Assembly (NCBI RefSeq): GCF_028641065.1
Contig: NC_073412.1
Coordinates: forward strand, 1,674,001 to 1,738,000
Direction: 5' to 3'
From: Leucoraja erinacea
Lineage: Eukaryota
Length of the DNA: 64,000 nucleotides
Part shown: one piece after another, positions 43,985 to 56,290 of the stretch
Layout: every line of letters starts with the position of its first letter
How positions within the stretch are numbered: position 1 is the first letter of the stretch
The notes under the pieces: model-generated
The model's input: only the letters and a program-made list of their open reading frames with translations
Told to the model about the DNA's origin: nothing
Database searches by the model: none
Translations under genes and position numbers: made by a program

Positions 43985-44390
43985 AAGGGTGCAGAGAGGA
44001 TTTACAAGGATGTTGCCAGGACTAGAGGCCCTGAGCTGTAGGGAGAGATTGACAAGACTAGGACTTTATTCATTGGAACGGAGGAGAATGAGGGGCGGTT
44101 ATTTTACAGAGGTGTATAAGATAATGAGAAGAATATATAGGGTAAATGCACAGAGTATTTTACTCCGAGTAGGGGATCAAGAGGGGGGAAACATTTAATA
44201 GGAACCTGAGGGGCAAGGTTTTTTTTCACATGAATGGTGGCAGGTATATGCAGAGGAGGTAGTCGAGGCAGGTCTATCGCAACTTTAAAAAAAACATTTG
44301 GACAGGTACATGAATAGGATTAGAAGGATATGGGTAAACACAGGTGTGGGCAAGTTGGGCTGAAGCGCCTGTTTCCATGTTCTATATGGA
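43985..44390 (+). mobile_element. CR1-type LINE 3' fragment
   Basis: QRGFTRMLPGLEALSCRERLTRLGLYSLERRRMRG. Confidence 0.85.
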
Positions 44391-45879
44391 TTTTCAACAG
44401 TGTTTGTGGATTGTATTTCTGGGTCCACGCTGACAGTGTAATGCTTGCAATACTTCCTCACAATAGTCGCTGGAGTGCATCGAATTATCCAAAACGACTC
44501 CCAGAGAGGATAATTCTGACAGGACAAAAATAAAATGTGTATGAAAAACAATGGCTCAGACATCAGAATCCAGATATAGAATTTCATCAGTTTCAAATTA
44601 CTGTTGACAAAATAAAAATGATTAATAATGAATAAGGAACAAAATATAAAAATAGAATAATGAATCCTCTGCAGCCAGTTTATTACAGCTCAACAAGATG
44701 ATTTCAAATGCATTTGCTACTGCCTCAAACCACACAAAAGCCGCCTACTGATAACCTAGAAATGTTTAATTTCTAGTTCAAGTTATTGCCTTTCAATATT
44801 TTACCTTTCCAGCATGTTCTGGCCTAGATTGCAAAGTGGAATATGACAAGGAAATTAATAACATCACTGCACTGCAGTACTGTTCACCGTTTGCAAATGG
44901 ATCATTACTGCAGAACAGCCCTCAATCCAATTTTAATGCAATATCACAATTGTTCCAATTAGAAAATGCTACTGCATTTTGACCCTTTGCAGGCGCTTGG
45001 CCTGCATTTAATTGAAAGGTGGGAAGACATTGAAAACATTAAAAAGGTTGCAGGGCAAGGGGAGAGATGGAATTCCAGTGCATTGAGTTTGCATTTGTTT
45101 GTGTTGACAGTTATAAAATATAAAAAAAATACATGTATAAGGTGATGCATCATAGCTGGTTAAAATAAAGCATTTATATAAGACTCCACCCCATCCTTGG
45201 ATATTTGTGCAAAACCAAGGTTATCATTCACTAGGACAAGGGCATTCTTTCCTCCCTTGATATTGGATCTTCCTAGCTCCAATAACCCAGCACTCTCTGG
45301 TACACTGCAAGGCCCAAGACCTCACTCATCCACCTATCAAGGATACAGGTATTCTGCCAACCACCCCCCCCACCCCCCCCCCCCCCCCCCCCAATTCCTC
45401 ACTCCATCCAACATTGTGCCAGTCTTTGACTCCCCCACCCTTGCCCCTCATCACACACCTGGGAATCCACAACTCCAGGATCACCCCCCCTGCCAATGCA
45501 GGTTTCTCAGTCCTCTCATCGACACCCTCCCCTCTGGGTTTCCTCAGTTATTTTCTGACTGCCCTAGATCAAACCCACCCCAGTACTTTGCTCCTATCCC
45601 CTGACTGTCCGAGCACTCCAATCCCCCCTTCCAGCACCCACTCCTCCCCGTTTCCTGGCCATCCCTCTCTACAACATCCCCAGCAAATAATATCCTGCCT
45701 CCCATTCCACCACCTGCGTCCAACTCCTGTCTCTTTGCTCCTCCAGCCTCTCCACTCTCCCCCCATTGCACCCCTTCTCCACTCCCCGCAGCCCCTGCCC
45801 CTCCATCTCCTTCCCCCCACCTCTCCTGGTCCTCCAACCCACATCCCCATGTCCTGCAGCTCCCTTCCTCTTCCACCCT

Positions 45880-46560
45880 GGTTGTTCACCTCCCCTCCCC
45901 TCCCCCTTCTAGCCCACTCCCCTCACCTTTGTCCTTCCCCCGACCCCCACCGGGTCTTCCACCCCTCCCCTCGCCCCCAGTAAGTCCTCATACCAGTTCC
46001 CATTCTCTCCCCCTCTCCCATCTCTACCTGCTTCCTCCCCCCACTCTCCCCCTCCCTCCTCTCCCCCCCTCCTTCCTCTCCCCCCCCCCTCCCCCTCNNN
46101 NNNNNNNNNNNNNNNNNNNNNNNNNNNNNNNNNNNNNNNNNNNNNNNNNNNNNNNNNNNNNNNNNNNNNNNNNNNNNNNNNNNNNNNNNNNNNNNNNNNN
46201 NNNNNNNNNNNNNNNNNNNNNNNNNNNNNNNNNNNNNNNNNNNNNNNNNNNNNNNNNNNNNNNNNNNNNNNNNNNNNNNNNNNNNNNNNNNNNNNNNNNN
46301 NNNNNNNNNNNNNNNNNNNNNCCCTCCCCCTCCTCCTCTCTCCCTCCCCCTCCTTCTCCCCCCCTCCCCCTCCTCTCTCCCCCTCTCCCTCTCTCCCCCT
46401 CCTCTCTCTCCTCTCTCTCCCCCTCTCCTCTCCTCCCCCTCCCTGCCTCCTCCTCCTCTTCTCTCTCCCCCATCCCCTTCTCTCCCCCTCCCTCACCTCA
46501 ATTTCCCTCCTCTAACCCCCGTCTCCCCCCCCCCTCCTCTCTCTCTCCCTCTCCCCCTCC
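45880..46560. repeat. C/T-rich low-complexity tract (start of NPTN intron 1) containing an assembly gap
   Basis: Almost pure pyrimidine on the plus strand. Ns at 46098-46321. Confidence 0.9.
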
Positions 46561-46648
46561 CCGCCATCCCGGCCGGGCTCGGCCTCAGCCCAGGCCCCAG
46601 GCCCCCGCTCCCGGTGTCCAGGCCCCGGGCCCGCACTCCCTCCCTCAC

Positions 46649-46742
46649 CGCCCTGTCCGCGGACGGGCTCCGGCCGGAGTGAGAGCGCGAGGAGCGCGCA
46701 CACAGCGGCGCCGAGGCGAGCAGGGCCGCGAGCCGTTGCCAT
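46649..46742 (-). CDS. NPTN: Neuroplastin exon 1 (signal peptide MATARGPARLGAAVCALLALSLRPEPVRGQG)
   Basis: Strong Kozak context GCACCATGG, hydrophobic signal core, gtgagg donor at 46648. Phase 1 matches exons 2 and 3. Lies in the CpG island. Confidence 0.92.
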
Positions 46743-46936
46743 GGTGCTGGGGGGGACGGGGGAGGGGACGGAGCCGGGGCCGTCGCTGCTCAGGGCTCGG
46801 TGTGTCCGCGCGACCGACTGCCGCCCGCTCCGCACCGCTCCTCACGCACCGCACCGCACCGCCCGCCCGCCGTCGGCGCCAGCCCCGCCCCGAGCCCGCC
46901 CCGCTGTGGGCCGCGGTGACGCAGTGCTCCCCTCCC

Positions 46937-47222
46937 CGCCGCTGGGGGCGCTGCCGAGCTCACTCCGCGACCGGCCACTGGGGGCGCTGCTGAGCTCACT
47001 CCGCGACCGGCCACAAGAGGCGCTGCTGAGCTCACTCCGCATTCTACCACAGGAGGCGCTGCTGAGCCCACTCCGCACTCTGCCACCAGTGGCGCTGCGT
47101 TTCCGCACTCCCGCCGCCGGTGGCGCTGCCGAACTCACTTTGCTCCGCAACCTGCCACTAGAGGCGCTGCCCTGCGTTTCCTCGCTCCGCCACTGGTGGC
47201 GTTGCTGAGCTCACTCCGTGAC
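46937..47222 (+). repeat. GC-rich tandem array, 8 units of about 36 bp, each with a CTCF-like core
   Basis: Cores CC(A/G)C-N6-CG(C/T) at 46939, 46975, 47011, 47047, 47083, 47114, 47155, 47190. Confidence 0.85.
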
Positions 47223-47937
47223 CCGCGTGGGTTTACTCCGGGTGCTCCGGTTTCCAGATGCACAGGTTTGCAGGTTAATCAGTTTCTGTAAAAGTGTAAC
47301 TTGCCCTTAGTGTGTAGAGTTGTGCTATTGTTTGGGGTAATTGATGGACAGCATGGACCCGGTGGGCTGAAGGGCCTGTTTCCGTGCTGTATCTCTAAAG
47401 TCTAAAATAAAGTCTGAAAAAGCTGGGAAGGAACTGTCCCTGAATCTGGATGGATGTATTTTCAAGTTTCTGTACTTCTTGTAGATCTTGGTNNNNNNNN
47501 NNNNNNNNNNNNNNNNNNNNNNNNNNNNNNNNNNNNNNNNNNNNNNNNNNNNNNNNNNNNNNNNNNNNNNNNNNNNNNNNNNNNNNNNNNNNNNNNNNNN
47601 NNNNNNNNNNNNNNNNNNNNNNNNNNNNNNNNNNNNNNNNNNNNNNNNNNNNNNNNNNNNNNNNNNNNNNNNNNNNNNNNNNNNNNNNNNNNNNNNNNNN
47701 NNNNNNNNNNNNNNNNNNNNNNNNNNNNNNNNNNNNNNNNNNNNNNNNNNNNNNNNNNNNNNNNNNNNNNNNNNNNNNNNNNNNNNNNNNNNNNNNNNNN
47801 NNNNNNNNNNNNNNNNNNNNNNNNNNNNNNNNNNNNNNNNNNNNNNNNNNNNNNNNNNNNNNNNNNNNNNNNNNNNNNNNNNNNNNNNNNNNNNNNNNNN
47901 NNNNNNNNNNNNNNNNNNNNNNNNNNNNNNNNNNNNN

Positions 47938-49345
47938 CCACTCCATTGCCCTCACCTCCACTCCCCTTTGCTATTGTTTCCACTACCCTGGACCCTCCAC
48001 CTACCCTCCCCTCTACTCCACTCCATTACACTCAGCTCCACTCCACTCCCCTCCCCTCCACTCCCCTCCACTACCCTCCCCTCCCACNNNNNNNNNNNNN
48101 NNNNNNNNNNNNNNNNNNNNNNNNNNNNNNNNNNNNNNNNNNNNNNNNNNNNNNNNNNNNNNNNNNNNNNNNNNNNNNNNNNNNNNNNNNNNNNNNNNNN
48201 NNNNNNNNNNNNNNNNNNNNNNNNNNNNNNNNNNNNNNNNNNNNNNNNNNNNNNNNNNNNNNNNNNNNNNNNNNNNNNNNNNNNNNNNNNNNNNNNNNNN
48301 NNNNNNNNNNNNNNNNNNNNNNNNNNNNNNNNNNNNNNNNNNNNNNNNNNNNNNNNNNNNNNNNNNNNNNNNNNNNNNNNNNNNNNNNNNNNNNNNNNNN
48401 NNNNNNNNNNNNNNNNNNNNNNNNNNNNNNNNNNNNNNNNNNNNNNNNNNNNNNNNNNNNNNNNNNNNNNNNNNNNNNNNNNNNNNNNNNNNNNNNNNNN
48501 NNNNNNNNNNNNNNNNNNNNNNNNNNNNNNNNNCACTCCCTCCCCTCCCCCCCANNNNNNNNNNNNNNNNNNNNNNNNNNNNNNNNNNNNNNNNNNNNNN
48601 NNNNNNNNNNNNNNNNNNNNNNNNNNNNNNNNNNNNNNNNNNNNNNNNNNNNNNNNNNNNNNNNNNNNNNNNNNNNNNNNNNNNNNNNNNNNNNNNNNNN
48701 NNNNNNNNNNNNNNNNNNNNNNNNNNNNNNNNNNNNNNNNNNNNNNNNNNNNNNNNNNNNNNNNNNNNNNNNNNNNNNNNNNNNNNNNNNNNNNNNNNNN
48801 NNNNNNNNNNNNNNNNNNNNNNNNNNNNNNNNNNNNNNNCNNNNNNNNNNNNNNNNNNNNNNNNNNNNNNNNNNNNNNNNNNNNNNNNNNNNNNNNNNNN
48901 NNNNNNNNNNNNNNNNNNNNNNNNNNNNNNNNNNNNNNNNNNNNNNNNNNNNNNNNNNNNNNNNNNNNNNNNNNCTCACTCCACTCCACTCCACTCCCCA
49001 CTCCCCTCCCCCTCCACTCCCCCTCCCCTCCCCTCCCTCCACTCCATTCCACTCCCCTCCATTACACTCAGCTCCACTCCACTCCACTCCCCCCCTCCCC
49101 CCCCAACTCCACTCCNNNNNNNNNNNNNNNNNNNNNNNNNNNNNNNNNNNNNNNNNNNNNNNNNNNNNNNNNNNNNNNNNNNNNNNNNNNNNNNNNNNNN
49201 NNNNNNNNNNNNNNNNNNNNNNNNNNNNNNNNNNNNNNNNNNNNNNNNNNNNNNNNNNNNNNNNNNNNNNNNNNNNNNNNNNNNNNNNNNNNNNNNNNNN
49301 NNCTACACTCCCCTCCACTCCACTCCACTCAACTACAGTAAACTA
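47938..49345. repeat. (CACTC)n/(CCCTC)n pentamer microsatellite, largely within assembly gaps
   Basis: Repeat visible in all sequenced islands between N runs. Confidence 0.85.
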
Positions 49346-49689
49346 CACTCAACTAACAAAACTTTAAGGAAGGGAGATGGCAAAGTGCAGGAGTTTGCAA
49401 ACATACAAACCAAAACATGCCTCTCAGTATTAAAATAGCAGATGATATATTGCAGTTGTGATGATTCACATTGTTTTAGCGGAGGTTGTGTTTGTTCAGC
49501 TGCCGTTCCTCAGACATAGGGATCCACGTGTTGCTGGAATCACCGTCACGAGATAGTGGCAGCCAGCCGCTGAATCAGTGAGAACAGGAGCTACTGTTAA
49601 CCTACAAATCACACACAGAGGTAGGAGTAGGCCACTCGGCCCCTCAAGCCTGTCCTACCATTCAATACTGTCATGCCTCATCCACCTCC

Positions 49690-49990
49690 TCTTAGTTTAG
49701 AAACAGGCCCTTTGAGTCCACTGAGTCCGTACCGTCCAGTGATCCCTGCTTATTGATGCTATCCTGCACACACTAGGGAAATTTACATTCATACCAAGAC
49801 AATTAACCTACAAACCTGTACGTGTTTGGAATATGGGAGGAAACCGAAGATCTCAGAGGAAACACAACGCAGGTCACAGGGAGAACGTACAAACTCCGTA
49901 CAGACAGTACCCGTACTCGGGATCGAACCTGGGTCTCTGGTGCTGTAAATGTGGTAAGGCAGAACTCTACCGCTGCGCCACCGTGCCACA
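49690..49990 (-). mobile_element. Near full-length tRNA-derived SINE (HE1/V-SINE-like)
   Basis: TGGCACGGTGGCGCAGCGGTAGAG head, GGTTCGATCCC B-box, central conserved domain, GGGCCTGTTTCTAAACTAA tail. Confidence 0.85.
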
Positions 49991-50002
49991 ACTTTCCTTG
50001 TC

Positions 50003-50560
50003 ATAGAAACATAGAAACATAGAAATTAGGTGCAGGAGTAGAGGCCATTCGGCCCTTCGAGCCTGCACCGCATTCAATATGATCATGGCTGATCATCCAA
50101 CTCAGTATCCCGTACCTGCCTTCTCTCCATACCCCTCTGATCCCCTTAGCCACAAGGGCCACATCTAACTCCCTCTTAAATATAGCCAATGAACTGGCCT
50201 CAACTACCCTCTGTGGCAGAGAATTCCACAGATTCACCACTCTCTGTGTGAAAAAAGTTCTTCTCATCTCGGTTTTAAAGGATTTCCCCCTTATCCTTAA
50301 GCTGTGACCCCTTGTCCTGGACTTCCCCAACATCGGGAGCAATCTTCCTGCATCTAGCCTGTCCAACCCCTTAAGAATTTTGTAAGTTTCTATAAGATCC
50401 CCTCACAATCTCCTAAATTTTAGAGAGTATAAACCAAGTCTATCCAGTCTTTCTTCATAAGACAGTCCTGACATCCCAGGAATCAGTCTGGTGAACCGTC
50501 TCTGCACTCCCTCTATGGCAATAATGTCCTTCCTCAGATTTGGAGACCAAAACTGTACGC
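50003..50560 (-). mobile_element. Young CR1-type LINE 3' fragment with (TTCTATGT)n tail
   Basis: CVQFWSPNLRKDIIAIEGVQRRFTRLIPGMSGLSYEERLDRLGLYSL...SRTRGHSLRIRG. Confidence 0.92.
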
Positions 50561-51204
50561 AGTCATGTCCTCTTATGGTCCTATATGTTTCAATACGATC
50601 ACCTCTCATTCATCGACACCCCAGACGGGACGGAACAAACTTTTTTAGTAGTCCAAATAGCGGAGTCAGGGGATATGGGGAGAAGGCAGGAACGGGGTAC
50701 TGATTGGGGATGATCACATTGAATGGCAGTGCTGGCTCGAAGGGCCTAATGGCCTACTCCTGCACCTATTGTCTATTGTCTATATGTCCATGATGAGACA
50801 ACAACCTTTGTTGATCTGTATTGGATTGCAACAAACCCATCTCAGTCTGGTGGGTACATCCTAAAACAGTTTGTGGCGACCAGAAAATTGGGTGGTTTAC
50901 AACTGACCCTTTGAATAGTTGGGCAAATCCGATGAAGGAAAAAAAATACAGGTTGGCCTCACACCTCATGTCCTGCCAACATCATTCAATACAGTAGCTC
51001 CTCTGAGCCAAAGTCCTGGCTAATTAATCAACACTGCTTTTTAAAATAAACATTTGCTATGATACTGAAAACTATTTAAACTTAATTCAGTTTAGTTCCA
51101 GCCATTTCCATATAAAGAGAGATCCCAAGGCAGTCAGAAAACTTGGAATACAAATCGTCAAGTCATCAGCTCCACAGCGGGAGTCTCTCTTACACAAGGT
51201 TCAG

Positions 51205-51430
51205 GAAGGAACTGCAGATGCCTGTTTACACCGAAGATAGACACAAAATGCTGGAGTAACTCAGCGGGACAGACAGCATCTCTGGAGGGAAGGAATGGGT
51301 GACATTTCGGGTCGAGACCCTTCTTCAGACCCGAAACGTCGCCCATTCCTTCCCTCCAGAAATGCTGCCTGTCCCGCTGAGTTACTCCAGCATTTTGTGT
51401 CTATCTTTGATTTAAACCAACATCTGCAGT
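51205..51430. mobile_element. Penelope-derived fold-back repeat
   Basis: Arms of about 100 bp in inverted orientation around GTCGAGACCCTTCTTCAGAC. Confidence 0.72.
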
Positions 51431-51506
51431 TCGTTCCTGCACAAACCTACAAACCTGTTTCCGCCTTTGGAGTGTGGGAGGGAACCAGAGCGCCTGGAGA
51501 AAACCT

Positions 51507-51945
51507 ACTAGGCGTGTATTCACTGGAGTTTTAGAAGGATGAGTGGGGATCTTATAGGAACATATAAAATTATAAAAGGACTGGATAAGCTAGATGCAGG
51601 AAAAATGTTCCCAATGTTGGGCGAGTCCAGAACCAGGGGCCACTAACACAGTCTTAGAATAAAGGGGAGGCCATTTAAGACTGAGGTGAGAAAAAACTTT
51701 TTCACCCAGAGAGTTGTGAGTTTGTGGAATTCCCTGCCACAGATGGCAGTGGAGGCCAAGTCACTGGATGGATTTAAGAGAGAGTTAGATAGAGCTCTAG
51801 GGGCTGGTGGAGTCAAGGGATATGGGGAGAAGGCAGGTACAGGGTATTGATAGGGGACGATCAGCCATGATCACAATGAATGGCGGTGCTGGCTCGAAGG
51901 GCCGAATGGCCTCCTGCACCTATTTTCCATGTCTATGTCTATGTC
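51507..51945 (+). mobile_element. CR1-type LINE 3' fragment
   Basis: LGVYSLEF, GDLIGTYKIIKGLDKLD motifs, with an ATGTCT-repeat tail. Confidence 0.88.
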
Positions 51946-52957
51946 TAAGGCCATCAGCAGTCACCAACTTAATATTTGTCCATTGTTTAATGCACGCCAT
52001 TGCTTTTGGTTCTTTGAATGAGAGTGGAGGATATGGTGACAAGTTAGCTGGTGCTGTATCTTTGTGTCACTCCGGGCAGATGGCAGATTTCCTCTAGAGA
52101 ATGTCGGGAGGAAACAGCTGGGTCTACAACAATCACACCCACTTACTCATACCCCTCATGACAGATTCACTTGGCTAAATTTAAACGTTGCTAGTGCTGT
52201 GTGTGTATTTACATCATCCTGTCCTTGATCACTGTGTAACCATCTGTCTGCCATTCCCAGACAATATATAGAGTCATATACTTACCCACACCGGCCAACA
52301 TGTTTTGTTTTGTTTAGTTTAGAGATACAGCGGGGAAACAGGCCCTTCAGCCCACTGAGTCCGGGCCAGCCGTCAATCCCCACACACTAACACTATCCCA
52401 CACACACACACTGGGGGACAATTTACATTTATACCAATTAACCAAGCCAGAGGGTGGTGAATCTGTGGGATTCTCTGCCGCAGACGGCGGTTGAGGTTGC
52501 TAATGGAGCTGACCAGCGATCCCCGCATGCTAACACTATCCTACACACACTGGGGGACAATTTACTATCTTTACCGAAGCCAATCATGGCTGATCATCTA
52601 AAATCAGTACCCCGTTCCTGCTTTCTCCCCATATCCCTTGATTCCGCTACCCTTGTTTGACAGTCTCAATCTAACACTTTAAGACTCCCTCAGCACATAT
52701 TAATGTTGTTACATACAACATAGACCATTCAGCCCTTCGAGCTAGCACCGCCATTCAATATGATCATGGCTGATCATCTAAAATCAGTTCCCCGTTCCTG
52801 CTTTCTCCCCATATTCCTTTGTTCCGTTAGCCCTAAGAGCTAAATCTAACTCTCGCTTGAAAACATCCAGTGAATTGGCCTCCACTGCCTTCTGTGGCAG
52901 AGAATTCCACAGATTCACAACTCTATGGGTGAACAACAGGCCCTTTGACCCAACTCG

Positions 52958-53736
52958 CCCACACCGACCAACATGCCCCATCCACACTAGTCCCACACCG
53001 ACCAACATGCCCCATCTACACTAGTCCCACCGACCGACCAACATGCCCCATCTACACTAGTCCCACCCCGACCAACATGCCCCATCCACACTAGTCCCAC
53101 ACCGACCAACATGCCCCATCTACACTAGTCCCACACCGACCCAACATGCCCCATCTACACTAGTCCCACACCGACCAACATGCCCCATCTACACTAGTCC
53201 CACCCCGACCAACATGCCCCATCTACACTAGTCCCCACCCTGACCAACATGTCCCATTCACACTAGTCCCACACCGACCAACATGCCCCATCTACACTAG
53301 TCCCACACCGACCAACATGCCCCATCTACACTAGTCCCACCCCGACCAACATGTCCCATCTACACTAGTCCCACACCGACCAACATGTCCCATCTACACT
53401 AGTCCCACACCGACCAACATATCCCATCTACACTAGTCCCACCCCGACCAACATGCCCCATCCACACTAGTCCCACACCGACCAACATGCCCCATCTACA
53501 CTAGTCCCACACCGACCAACATGCCCCATCTACACTAGTCCCACACCGACCAACATGCCCCATCTACACTAGTCCCACACCGACCAACATGCCCCATCTA
53601 CACTAGTCCCACACCGACCAACATGCCCCATCTACACTAGTCCCACCCCGACCAACATGCCCCGTCTACACTAGTCCCACCCCGACCAACATGCCCCGTC
53701 TACACTAGTCCCACACCGACCAACATGTCCCATCTA
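52958..53736 (+). repeat. 34-bp minisatellite array, about 23 units (CCACACCGACCAACATGCCCCATCTACACTAGTC)
   Basis: ACTAGT recurs every 34 bp, with no spacers. Embedded in a minus-strand CR1 3' tail. Confidence 0.95.
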
Positions 53737-54105
53737 TATCCCTCTAAACCTGCCCTATCCATGTACCTGTCTAATTGCTTCTTACATTTTGCGATAGTCC
53801 CTGTCTCAACTACCACTAAACACCCACCACACTTTGTGTGAAAAAGTTACCCCTCAGATTCCTATCAAATCTTTACCCCTTCACCTTAAACCAATGTCCT
53901 CTGGTCCTCGATTCCCCTACTCTGGGCAAGAGACCCTGTGCGTCTACGCGATCTATTCCTCTCATGATTTTATACACCTCTGTAAGATCACCCCTCATCC
54001 TCCTGCGATCCAAGGAATAGAGACCCAGCCTGCTCAACCTCTCCCTGTAGCTCACACCCTCTAGTCCTGGCAACATCCTTGTAAATCTTCTCTGCACCCT
54101 TTCCA
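53737..54105 (-). mobile_element. CR1-type LINE 3' fragment
   Basis: QRRFTRMLPGLEGVSYRERLSRLGLYSLDRRRMRGDLTEVYKIMRGIDRV. Confidence 0.9.
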
Positions 54106-54365
54106 GCTTTGAACTGTGTTTGGTTATTGAACATGCAGGAGGGTGGTTCTGTTTTTAATTTTTTTTTATTAGAAGCAATTGTACAAGAATAAACCATTCG
54201 GCATGTAAAATTATACAACTGTTGTACAGCTTCAATTTTTAACCTTTTAACTCGAAAACGAGGGAAAAGTGGAGAAAAAGAACCTCCAGTTTAAATTCCA
54301 TTTGGAATATTTTGGAGGACCAAGAAACATGGGAGGGAAAAAATGAAAAGATAGGACCCCTAGAT

Positions 54366-54687
54366 CAGTGATTCCCAACCTGGGGCCATATCATGGGGTG
54401 GGGAGGCACAGAAAAATTTTGGGATCTAGGGGGCCACAGGTTCAATGAAGGGGGCCACAGAACTACCTCCTAAATTACAGTTCTAATACATTAAAATCTA
54501 TGTAGTTGAAATATTTTTGATGTTTGTGGAATAGAATAAAAGCGAATATATGTGCAATTAATACACACTGATATTTTTATGGAAGGTATAATATTGAGGT
54601 ACTTTTTGTCAGGGGGGGGGGGGGGGGGACAGAAAAATTAAAAGATCCCGGGGGGCCATGAGCTAAAAAAAGTTTGGGTAACCACTG
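54366..54687. mobile_element. hAT (Charlie-like) MITE
   Basis: TIRs CAGTGATTCCCAACC / GTTTGGGTAACCACTG. Flanking 8-mers CCCTAGAT / GTCTAGAC resemble the NTCTAGAN Charlie target site. Confidence 0.75.
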
Positions 54688-54805
54688 GTCTAGACCAAAG
54701 TAGTGTGGTCAAAGTGTGAATATAGATATAAGCGAAAAAAGCAAAAAGCATCGTACACTCACACCCTCCTGCATATTGGGGGAAATGAATGACTTTTACA
54801 CCAAC

Positions 54806-55236
54806 AGGATTGTGAAGACCGCCAGCAGGATTATTGGTGCTCCACTCCCTTTCCTGCTGGACATATACAGGACGAGATGTATCAACAGAACCATCTCCAT
54901 CATCAAAGACCCCTACCACCCATCGCATCATATATTCTCCATCCTGCCATCTGGGAAGAGGTACAGGAGCATTAGCTGCAAAACCAGCAGGATGCTCCTC
55001 AGCTTCTTCCCGCAGGCTATAAGACTGATAAACGGACTTTGCCCCCTGCCAAGTATCGCGCACCAACCACCAACCTGGGCACACTGCAGCAGCTGTCGAT
55101 CGGAACGCCTGTTGATGTTTAGTAGAGATTAGAGTGTTTAATTTAATTTGTTCATGATATATGTATTTTTATTTCTATTTATTTGTTGTTATTTGTACTG
55201 CACACTGAATGGACACTGGTTGAGCAACGTTTTTTT
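54806..55236 (+). mobile_element. Rex1/Babar-like LINE 3' fragment
   Basis: RIVKTASRIIGAPLP...DPYHPSHHIFSILPSGKRYRSI...SFFPQAIRLIN, typical of the Rex1/Babar C-terminus. Confidence 0.8.
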
Positions 55237-55543
55237 AGAAACATAGAAATTAGGTGCAGGAGTAGAGGCCATTTGGCCCTTCGAGCCTGCACCGCCATTC
55301 AATATGATCATGGCTGATCATCCAACTCAGTATCCCGTACCTGCCTTCTCTCCATACCCCCTGATCCCCTTAGCCACAAGGGCCACATCTAACTCCCTCT
55401 TAAATATAGTCAATGAACTGGCCTCAACTACCCTCTGTGGCAGAGAGTTCCAGAGATTCAACACTCTCTGTGTGAAAAAAGTTCTTCTCATCTTGGTTTT
55501 AAAGAATTTCCCCCTTATCCTTAAGCTGTGACCCCTTGTCCTG
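55237..55543 (-). mobile_element. Young CR1-type LINE 3' fragment
   Basis: Near-identical to 50011-50320. Confidence 0.9.
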
Positions 55544-56029
55544 GAGTTGTAGCAGGCTAGGTAGGAGGTAGCTCTGTGGCCCCCTTCATTGAACCTGTGC
55601 CCCCCTAGATCCCAACATTTTTCTGTGCCCCCCACCCCATGATATGGCCCCAGGTTGGGAATCACTGGTCTAGGTGTCCTGTCTTTTCATTTATTCCCTC
55701 CCATGTGTCTTGGTCCTCCAAAATATTCCAAATGGAATTTAAACTGGAGGGTTTTTTTTTCGCTTCTTTTCCCTTGTTTCCTCTGGGTATGTGAGTACTC
55801 AGGAAATGACAATAAAGATATACTGATACTGACACTGCTGGCCCACCTCGCCCAACCCAGAATCGGATTGAAATGTGTTTGTGATTTGTGGTGGAGTGGA
55901 GTTTGTACATAGTGTAGGCAGGACCAAAGATCCCATAGCAGAGCTCTGCAATAAGATCTTTGGGCAGGACGGAGACAGGGAGTGAGATATGGACCTGCTT
56001 TTAGAAACTCCTTCAAACTCTTGCCCTTA

Positions 56030-56290
56030 AAGTTGCAACCAATGAAAAGTAGCTGAGAACTATTTTTTCCCAGCGCGACACCACCGGCTCCGGGCAAGAT
56101 TGCAAGAAATCCACGTTGTTTGTTCCCCCCCCCTTGAAGTTTGGACCCTCCGGTTCTGTGTAGGGAGGGTCCCCGCTAAACCAGAGCCCGCTGAGCTTGG
56201 CTTTGATCAGCGCCCGGTGTTGGAGCCCCGCGGCCGCTCCACTCGCTCCGGACACAGCCACAGACACAGACACGCCTCGCAGGGTAAGGT
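56030..56290 (+). promoter_or_regulatory. Candidate CpG-rich promoter and non-coding first exon of a plus-strand neighbour gene
   Basis: Local CpG enrichment, CCAAT at 56039, strong donor CAGG|GTAAGG at 56283/56284, no repeat motifs. Confidence 0.45.

Larger units (their letters stand above)
46560..47250 (-). promoter_or_regulatory. CpG island / NPTN promoter with GC boxes
   Basis: Very high GC and CpG density around exon 1. GC boxes at 46883-46890 and 46895-46902. No TATA seen. Confidence 0.85.

Noticed and set aside
46741-47208. 155-aa plus-strand ORF with LRDRPLGALLSS repeats
   Set aside because: It is a translation of the GC-rich promoter and 36-bp array, where stop codons are rare by composition.
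45197-49438. Long Pro-rich or X-containing ORFs
   Set aside because: They are artefacts of C-rich low complexity and N gaps. The lone C at 48840 inside a gap is an assembly artefact.
49930-49990. tRNA-like heads (also 61078, 16230, 24390)
   Set aside because: They have A/B boxes but continue into SINE bodies, with no complete cloverleaf.
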